The notes beneath the pieces are model-generated. The model ran no database searches and was not told the origin of the DNA. It worked only from the letters and a program-made list of their open reading frames with translations. A stretch of 55,574 nucleotides of DNA from Gracilinanus agilis. Its lineage: Eukaryota. Location: positions 401,709,440-401,765,013 of the forward strand of contig NC_058131.1 of the NCBI RefSeq assembly GCF_016433145.1, read 5' to 3'. Each line of letters opens with the position of its first letter. The stretch's first letter is position 1. The position numbers and the translations under genes are program-made. Positions 12,640-21,872 of the stretch are shown piece by piece.

Positions 12640-14398
12640 TATCAATAGCAATAAGACCAGAGAAAGAAAAAAGCTATAAAGAGAGATAAAGAGGACATCA
12701 AAATTATCCCTATTTGCTGATAATATGATGGTGTACTTAGAAAATCCTAGGGAATCAGCAAAGGCAATAGCTTCAGAGAAGCAAGTTGAACCTTCAGAAT
12801 CAACACTAAAAAATCAATAGCATTTCTCCAAAGTAATGACAAAATCCCAAAGGCAATACTAGAAAAATCCCATTCCAAATAACAAAAAAATTCCATAAAG
12901 TATGTGATCAATCTACCAAAACTCACAAAAGACTTTTGTACATTCAGTTACAATGTGCTTTTAAAGACATTAAATGAATGAAAGGTAATATTCAGTGCTC
13001 ATGGCTGGACCATGCCAATATAATAAAAATGACTATGTTACCAAAGTTAATATGTAATTTTAATGTCAAACCAATCAAATTATCAAAGTGATACTTTATA
13101 GTACTTGATAAAATAATGACGGTATTAATTTGGAGAAACGAGATCTATAATATCGATGAAAACAATGAAAAGAGGTAGGAATAAAGGGAGAATAGCACTT
13201 TCACACTTCAAACTATATTATAAAGCAGTAATATAAAGTTCCTGTAATATTGGTTAAAAACATAGAGAGGTAAATCAGTGGTACAGACTAGATAACAGAG
13301 AATCAGAAACAATGGAGTTCAATAACCCATCATTTGATAAAGTGAGGGGAAAAAGTTTAGGTAAAAGCTCCTGGTTTGATAAAAAGCTGATGGGAAAACT
13401 GGGAAGCAATCTGGCACAAATTAAGTTCAGGCCAACATACATCATATTCCATGATACATTCTGAGTGGATACATGATCTTGATATTGAAGATCACACTAT
13501 AAAAATTAAAAGAGAAGCAGATTATATACCTATTATATATGGGTATTATTAATTAAATTTATTGTTTATTATATTATATTCACCAAATAAAGAAAAGACA
13601 CAATTAAAAAAATAAAATAGACAAAATTACATGAAACTGAAAAGCTTCCACATGGACAAAATTAATTCAGATAAGATAAGGGAAACTATAGAATGGGGTA
13701 AAAAAAAAACCTGTCTACTGGCTGTTGCTTTACTGCCTAAAAACAAACCCATGCCTCCTCCATCTTCAATACACTTTCTCTTGATCCATCCACTTCTGCT
13801 AGCTATCACCCCACATTTCTCCTGACTTCTGTGGCTAAACCTCTTCAGAAGGCCACCTACAGGTGATACAAACTATTAACTACCACATGAAAGGATATTC
13901 TGAATCACTAATTATAAAATATGCATATCAAAACAACCTTAAGATTTTACTTTATACCCTGCAAATCCATGACAAAAAGAGGCCCCAAAAATGGCAATAG
14001 ACAGTGTTTGAAGGGTTGTGGCAAAATAGGCATACTGGTGCCTTGCTGATGAAGCTGAGAATCAGTACAACCATTTTGGAAAGCAACTTGGAATTATGCA
14101 CATAAAGAGTCTGAAATGTCCATTCTCTTTTGACCCAGGAATTCTATGGGATTATTATATCCTAAAGAGGTTATTGATAGGAAGAAAATATCCTTATAGC
14201 CCAAAATATTTTTAACAGCACTTTTTGTGATAGAAAAGAATTTGAAACAAAGTAAATATTCTTCAACTGGGGTATGATCAAACAAATTGCAGTCTGATGA
14301 TGGAATAATAATGTGCTGTGAGAAAGTATGAATGTAATGAATATAGAAAAATATGTAAAGATCTCCATGAACTGATGCAAAATGAAGAAAGTGGAGCC

Positions 14399-14432
<34 letters not shown>

Positions 14433-14770
14433 ATACAACAATTAAAGGAGGAAAAATGAGTATAACAATTAAAGGAGGAAAAAATCACACATACAATAAA
14501 AAATTAACATTGCAAAATTATAAAGAATAAGTATGGCTTGGGAGAAGATATGAGAAAACACCCTCACCTCACCTTTTCACAGAAGTGAAAGAACCAAAAT
14601 TGTTGCACATTGTGTATATTTCCAGGCTTTCTCAATATACTGATCAGTTATGCTGATTTTAAAATCTTTTTGTCTTTAAAAATGTCATTTTAAATATAGA
14701 ATGGCTCTCTTGGAGGAGAAGAGGAAGAATGCTGAAGGAAATTATGGTCTAAAAAATTAAGACATTAGCA
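12640..14770 (+). mobile_element. Degenerate marsupial L1 (RT to 3'UTR)
   Basis: tttgctgataatatgatggtgtacttagaaaatcct encodes FADNMMVYLENP; the ORF2 C-terminal and 3'UTR remnants are collinear with the L1 at 39.4-42.4 kb. Confidence 0.88.
13711..13862 (+). mobile_element. Internal L2 (RT N-terminal) fragment embedded in the L1
   Basis: Aligns by eye (~65-70%) to 9857-10005 of the L2 relic (ctgtcta.tggct...cttgatcca...agaaggcca.ctaca). Confidence 0.7.
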
Positions 14771-15660
14771 AAAATTAATTTAAAAAAAGAGAAAGTGTCC
14801 TATTTCTGAGTTGTCTAGAAGGGGAAAAAATACTTTCCATTAAGGGGCAACTCTGCTAAGCTTTCAAATGATCAATGAAAAGTAAAGAAAAGAGTAAAAC
14901 AATGTCAAGAAGAAGGAAAAAGTATTACTATCTTTCTGTTAGAGAAGGTAGGATATGTCCATTGTCATATTACAATAGTAAAAAATAATAACATAAGAAT
15001 AAATAAAAGAATGAAATTAACTACCAAAAAAAGTTACTGGAAGTGTCTAAATCTCTTTTTCCAATAGAAAAAAAAAGTTAAGGATAAATAGTTTGATTTT
15101 GCTTAATCCTAACTGCAGTATTATGTAGTTATGTAGACAAGCAGCCTCTCTTTCTTTAACTCATCTAAAACGTCAGATTAGACTAGTACTAACAGATAAA
15201 TATTTTTAGAAAAAGAAATGTTATGGAAGTGTGGCAAATAGTTCATCCTCAAACCCTGGGTAGAAATCAAGTATATGAGAAACAGGAAAGCATTTTATCA
15301 TTAAACACCTTGAGCATCTTCTACATCCTCTGCGAAAAATGGAAAGATTGTTGACTATCTTTTAGAATTTTAGTTAAAAAGTCACTGTCTTACAACCAGA
15401 ACAAAAGAAACGAGGAAGGAAAAGGGAAAGGGAAAGAGAGTGTTGCAGAAAAGATAGTACAGTTTTCCAAATTAAGGGCAAGAAAAGCTTTACTTAGTGA
15501 TTTCTGTGGTTCATACTTTGCAATGGAATGAAAGACGGAGAACCACTTGCTGGGGTGTATTTAATGACGTATCTAATTGTTAGTCAGTAAGAATTCTCAG
15601 TGGTGGAGAAAAACAATTACAAAGACCTGTGTTTGATCTTAGAACAAACAAGAACCTCAC

Positions 15661-18075
15661 CTTAGAAGGAGAGTTCTGGTCCCTGAGTTCTGGCAGACCA
15701 CCAACCTTGGAGTTGATTTCAGCAGCCAGGTTACCCTTCAAGTCTGTTGGGTCCGTTTTCAGAAAAGTGAATTCGCTCTGTCCTGGATCCGAAGTAAGGC
15801 ACACCTCGTAGGAATATGGCAAGGGCAACGTCCCATTGATGCATTTACTAGTGACTCTGGGACCCAGGCTAGAATAAAGATCAGTGGGAAGAGAATCCAA
15901 TACTAAATGCTGTTTGGGTTTTCGGCACTTAAAAACAACCGCAAACACTGCGGTCAAGAGGAATACAAAAGATACTAAAGCCAATGCAATGACTAGAAAA
16001 AAGTTAACTTTCCATTGCGTGGGTAGATTTTCCGAGCCCTCCTCCTTCATCTCAGGCAACGCCTCCTGCAGACTGTCTGCAAAGACTAGATGCAGAGCCA
16101 CAGTGGCCGACAGAGGGGGCTGGCCTCCATCCTGCACGGAGACCAGAAGGCGGTGCCGAGCTGCATCTCGGTCAGTCAAAGCCCTCGCAGTCCTGATCTC
16201 GCCTGTGCGCAGCCCCAGGCTGAAGAGCCCGGGATCCGTGGCCTGCAGCACGCGGTAGGCCAACCAGGCGTTGTGTCCAGAGTCTGCGTCCACTGCCACC
16301 ACCTTGCTGACCAAGTATCCTGGCTCTGCAGATCGAGGAACCATGTCGAAGAGGGCCGATCTGTCAGGTCCCAGGGCGGGGTAGAGGATGTTCGGGGCGT
16401 TGTCATTGCGGTCCAAGATGAACACTCGCAGGGTGACGTTGGCACAAAGGGCTGGGGAGCCCGAGTCACAGGCCTGCAGCGTCAGTTCGAAGGTTCGGAC
16501 CTGCTCGTAGTCGAAGGAGCGCTGAGCGAAGATGTCTCCGCTGTGGCCATTGACAGACACGCAGGAGGACAGAGGCAGAGGGGCCAAGTCACTGCCGAGG
16601 ATGGAATAGGACACTCGGCCATTCTCTTCCAGGTCCGAGTCAGAGGCTGAGACCTTCGCGATGGAGGCTCCAGAAGGGTTGTTCTCAGGGACGTAAACAA
16701 CGTAGGAAGGTTGAAGGAAAACCGGAGGATTGTCATTGACGTCAGCTACGTGCAGGGTGAAGGTTTTGCTGGTGTACAAAGGAGGGTTTCCCTTGTCTGT
16801 GGCAGTCAATGTGATATTATACTCTGGGGTCTGCTCGCGATCCAGGGCTCCGTCTGTCAGTAGCTTGTAGTAATTCTTGGAAGAGGACTCTATTCTGAAA
16901 GGAATGGAATATGATTGCATATAACAAGATATTTCTCCATTGCTCCCAGAATCTATGTCACGTGTTTTGAAGAGGGCAATCACTGTGCCAGGTTCGGAGT
17001 CTTCCAGGACAGAACTGACTAGAGATGTTAATATTATTTCAGGTGCGTTGTCATTCTCGTCTTGTATGTCTATGACAACTTTACACTGTGTGGAAAGACC
17101 TCCCCCATCCTTAGCCTCTATATCCATTGTAAACTTTTTTGTGTCCTCAAAATCCAGGGAAATTTTGGTTCTGATTTCACCTGTGTTTGGATCCAGGGAG
17201 AACATCTGCCGGGCATTCTGGGTAACACCGGTGAAGGAGAAAGTGATTTCCGAATTTACTCCTTCATCTTTATCGGTAGCAGTCAGGCGAAGTACGGAGG
17301 AGCCCGGGGGTAAATTCTCCAGTAGATTAGCTCTATAGAGGCCCTGACTGAAGACTGGTGGATTATCATTGGCATCGGTGACATTTATCTTGATTTGAGT
17401 GGTGCCACTGCGAGGAGGATCTCCCCCATCCATAGCTGTTAGAACCAAATAATGAGAACTTTGCATTTCTCGATCGAGAGGTTTCTCCAATACTAATTCT
17501 GGGTATTTTCCACCACCTGGATTTTCTCTTACCACCAATGAGAAATATTGGCCAATACTTAGATAGTAATTGTTGAGTGAATAGACAGTTATATCGGGAT
17601 CATTGGCTGATTCAAGAATCCATCTCGCACCTGGCAAAGTGGACTCAATAATTTCTAAATTTATTTCATTCTGACTGAATTGTGGAGCATGATCATTAAT
17701 ATCCTCAATCGCCACAGTGATGTGAAAAATATTTAAGGGATTTTCAACCATAGCTTCCAACTGTAGTTCACATACTGTTCTTTCCTTACATATCTCCTCC
17801 CGATCTATTCTGTCGCTGACCAATAATTCCCCGCTCTCCTTGCTCACGCTAAAGTATTCCCTCTCTGCACTCACCCGCAGCTTCCGAGTCGGCAAGTCCT
17901 GGACCTCCAGCCCAAGATCCTTGGCGAGGTTCCCCACCACCGATCCTTTCGCCATCTCCTCAGGAATTGAGTAGCTGATGTGCTCGGAAAGCGTCCGGCA
18001 GAACAAAGACGCCCAGAAGGCACAGAGTACTTGCAGTTTAGGGGGTTGTCTTCTCTCTGCCGAGTTCCTTCCCAT
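15661..18075 (-). CDS. PCDHGB: Protocadherin gamma B-type variable exon (3'-most in window; tentatively gamma-B8-like), 805 codons
   Basis: ORF 15580..18075 has YSIPEE, C-X5-C in EC1 (CKERTVC), repeated DRE/DxNDN motifs, B-type EC6 (HNAWLAYRVLQ, LHLVFADSLQEALP) and a TM helix. Donor AAG|GTGAGG at 15661/15660, phase 0. The ORF tail past the donor is intron read-through. Confidence 0.95.
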
Positions 18076-18324
18076 CCTAACTTCCTTTTCGCCGTCTTTC
18101 CAGCCCTGCCAAACAGCTGTTTATACCACTGCAGCAATCCTTCAGAAATATGAGACTGGGCCCCCACTATATTCCTCTGAAGTGAGAGTTTCTCAGAGAA
18201 GGGTCTATGGCGCAGCGAACGCGACTGAGTCTGTGCTGCTCTTCTCTCTGCTGTATCTTATGACGGAGCAGGAAATCACCCTCAGGAAGCTCCAGGAGCA
18301 ATCGTGTTTCAGCTCTAATTCCGT

Positions 18325-18366
18325 ACTGGCCAGCAGCGGCACCCAGAGTTTCATTCCCAAATTGCA
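18325..18366 (-). promoter_or_regulatory. Pcdh promoter CSE (CGCT box, CTCF-binding) of exon 15661-18075
   Basis: Coding strand TGCAA-N13-CTCTGGGTGCCGCTGCTGGCCAGT, about 260 nt upstream of the ATG in a CpG-rich segment. Confidence 0.9.
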
Positions 18367-19140
18367 ACATTATTTCGCTTCCTAAAACCAATCTTTGCAA
18401 CTCAAGAGCTTGATGATTTTTCTCCATGTGAGAGCTCCGATTTATAAACATTCAATGGGTTTGAATTATTTGATTTGTATGTGCATGGATTACTCTGCAC
18501 GTTATCACACTTCATGTATGAAAAACGATTATACTTCATGTATCCTATCAGTCTAATTAGTATGGGGGGTTTTATGGTTTACTGAGGTTTATATTACAAA
18601 CCCAGTGCTGTTGCAAAGGCGGACAACTTTACAAATTTGAAGAACAGAAAAAATACAAGAAATGTCGTACTTTGCCCACCCATTGACAAGGCCAGTGTGG
18701 TAATGATCTCAAAGACATTTTGGAGAGGGGAAGGGGACAGACAGACAAACAGAGACACAAAGACAGATTGTCAGAGAGAGAGACAGACAGACCGACATGG
18801 ATGGGATAGTTTCCTTTCGTGACAGCTAGTAGTGTGAAATCAAGGTTTACAAAAACCATCAATAGTTATAATTTTCTTATAATGAAAACATAATTTTATT
18901 AATTTGTTGATAAATCTTTGAGTTGAAATTATCTACAACGATTGTTTAAAAAGGCACATTAAAAATCGTTTTCAGATAGATTAGAATCCATCTTTCAGAT
19001 TCCCACAACGATTGGGTGGGGGGGAGGGAAATCTAACTGATTATGATGAACATCATTCTCACCAATGATAATCCAGTACAAAGAATTGCTGATTTTAAAA
19101 CCTGCCATTAACAACATTATTTTGAAAAGGAACATAAAAG

Positions 19141-19255
19141 CTTGTGACCCTGGGAAAGTCACTTAACCCTCATTGCCTAGCTCTTACAGCTCTTCTGCCT
19201 TGGAACCAATATACAGTATTGGTACTAAGATGGAAAGTAAGGGCTAAAATGTTTT
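19141..19255 (+). mobile_element. 5'-truncated SINE1_Mdo-type fragment
   Basis: tgtgaccctgggaaagtcacttaaccctcattgcctagc...ggaaccaatatacagtattgg. Confidence 0.8.
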
Positions 19256-19714
19256 AAAAATAAAGAAATAAGCTATTCCTGTTCACTTTAATGGACATTT
19301 TTGTTTCAGTTTGGCTTTAATGATCATGATCCTTTTCTTTAAAATCCTAGAAGACATCCAGCACTTCCTTATCTGTTGAAAAGCTATTTACCTCAATTCA
19401 AACCCTTAGAGAACCCATTTTCGTTCCTATGTTTAGGGTTAGGAGAATTGTTTTGGAAACAGGACAGTGAGCAGAATAATGATTCTGAACCGTTTCTTTA
19501 GGAGTGTGCTTGAATTTGTATCGAGAAAGAATTAAGCATAAAAAAAGAATTGAAGAACATTCAAGTGTCTTACAAATTCATCATTCACCGTCTGAATTAT
19601 GAAATTAGATTCCTTTGGGAAGTCCAGGGAAGGATACTAAGCTTACCATGTATTATTATGAATTTTCAAGTCAAAGCACAATTGGAAGAATAACAAAAGT
19701 AGGTAAAACTTAGG

Positions 19715-21100
19715 AAACTCTGTTTTTATAAAAGGTGATATCATAAGTAAATTAGGAAAGCATGGAAAAAATATACCTGTCAGATGTATGGATAAGGGAA
19801 GAATTTATGACCAAATGAGATAGAGAGGTTTATTGGAAGTAACATGAATAGTTTTGATTACATGAAAATAAAAGGGTTTTGCACAAAGAAAACCAATGCA
19901 GCAAAAATTAGAAGAAAAATAGGAAACTGGGGGGAAATTTTGTAGCAAATTTTTTTATAAAGGGCTCATTCCTCAAATGTATGGGAAACCAAGCCAAATT
20001 TATAAAAAATATGAACCATTCCCCAACTGACAAATGATCAAATGATATGAGCAGGTAGTTTTCAGAACAAGACATTAAAACTATTAAAAGTCACTTGAAA
20101 AAATGCTCTAAATCACTAATTTGAAAAAAACAAACCAAAATGATTTTGAGATGCCACCTCACATTTATAGTATTGGCTAATATGACAGAAAAGGAAAATG
20201 ACATGTTAGAGGGGATGTAGAAAAATTGGGGCACCAATGCACTGTAGGTAGAGTTGTGAAATAGTTAAACCATTTTAGAGAACAATTTGGAACTACACGC
20301 AAAGGGCTATAAAACTGTACATACCGATTGACCCAACAATACCATGTCTAGGTCTGAATCCTAAAGAGATCAAATGAAAAGGAGAAGACCTTATTGGTAT
20401 AAAAATATTTAGAGCAGCTCTTTTTGTAGTGACAAGGAACTGGAAATGGAGGGGATGCCCATCAATTAAAGAATGGCTTGACAAGCTGTAGTATGTGATT
20501 GTGATGGGATAATATTGTGCTCTAAGAAATGAGAAGTGGGATGTTTCAGAAAAACACGGTGAGACTTAAATGAAGAGAAAGCCCAAATCACTTATTACAA
20601 ATTGGACTACATTCTCCATGGGGCATCTCTCTCCTACATCTCTATTGATTCTGAGATTGGCATCCTCTATGTTCTGCTCTCTTTTTACTATGAAGAGAAC
20701 CAGGAGAACATTGTACACATTGACAGCAATATTGTAGCGATGATCAACTGGGACTTATCTACTCTGATCAAGACAATGATCCAAGACTTCCTAAGTACCC
20801 GTGATGAAAAATGCTATTTCCAGGAAAAGAATTGATGAACTCTGAGTACAGAATGAAGCATACTTATAAAACATTCTTTCTTTCTTTGCCTGTGTGCTTT
20901 CTTTTGCAACATGGATAATATAGAAATTTTTTTGCATGACTTCACATGTAAAATGAATATCATCTTGCTTGCCTTCTCAAGGGGTGGGGAAAGAAAGAGA
21001 AGAAGAGAATTTGGAAGTTAAAAAATTTAAAAATGAATGTTAAAATTTTTTGCAGGTAACTGGGAAATTATTAATGCAATGAATAAAAATATATGAAAAA
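19715..21100 (+). mobile_element. 5'-truncated marsupial L1 (ORF2 C-terminus and 3'UTR), interrupted by a Pcdh fragment
   Basis: Collinear with 40.6-41.9 kb; reverse ORF 20293..20484 is the typical antisense reading of the L1 end. Confidence 0.88.
20571..20694 (+). pseudogene. Inverted 124-nt fragment of Pcdh gamma-A EC5 coding sequence inserted in an L1 relic
   Basis: Reads EEKAQITYYKLDYILHGASLSYISIDSEIGILYVLLSFYYE on +. Hand alignment to the reverse complement of 22713-22839 gives 23 substitutions plus one codon gap (~81%). Flanked by ATGAAGAGAA at 20570-20579 and 20690-20699. Confidence 0.88.
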
Positions 21101-21872
21101 AAAGCTCCCTGATGAAATTCTTTAATTATAGCCTCGTTCTATAAGATCTCTGGTTTTTAAATAGAATATCTTCAATACCATTATTTGGTGATGAATCTAT
21201 AGTTTAATCCTCAGTAAGACATACGTTGTGTTTTACTCTAGAGTGCATATACTATTCTATCACCCTCTTTCCTGAACAATAAACTACAAAGGAGAGGCCA
21301 GATATGTCATAAAAGGATAACAAATTTCACTTGGGTGATAGAATATGCTAAATGAAAACCTAAAGACTTAAATGCTAAGATTCCTTGCCCAGAAGAAAGC
21401 CTGAGTTGGTCAGAAGAAGATGAGTTTGCCCTAAGTCCAGGAGAGAGCAGATGATAGCTAAAACATCAATATCCATAACTTTCTATGAGCATTTTCAGAC
21501 TAAGACAATGAACTTTTTGAACCAGCAAAAAAAAAAAAAATGGGTGTTTGTCTAGTGCTAACTTAGGAACCTCTTTAGCAGTATTCTAACCAATCAGAAA
21601 GAATCAATTGTCTACACAAATATAACAGTTCAAATGTCAGGAAGTTAAATGAAGAGTATCACTCAGAGTAGAATAATAGATATTGCATTAAGCCATTAGT
21701 TGAATGAAGACAAATAAAGGAATGTCATATTTTAGCAACCTAGCAATGATCAGATAAAAATAAATTTAAATTTCATAAATGAATTATTCTATCATCTTTG
21801 TAGAAAATGAAAAACAAACATAATAGATAATGAAGAAATAAGATAATTATTGATAAGGTGAAAGAAACTCAC

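Noticed and set aside
14443-14490. Small tandem duplications (acaattaaaggaggaaaaa x2 here; gaccatactt x2 at 47931-47950)
   Set aside because: Ordinary slippage-type duplications in repeat or intronic DNA.
15580-15660. ORF extensions past each splice donor (3-28 codons)
   Set aside because: Intron read-through after canonical GT donors. Lengths and sequences are not conserved among the seven exons. Unspliced short isoforms are already known for Pcdhg and cannot be supported from sequence alone.
15884-17338. Antisense and alternate-frame ORFs over the Pcdh exons (e.g. 16090..16650, 186 aa, and equivalents in the other exons)
   Set aside because: By-products of GC-rich, stop-poor coding sequence. 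Their recurrence between exons only reflects paralogy and gene conversion.
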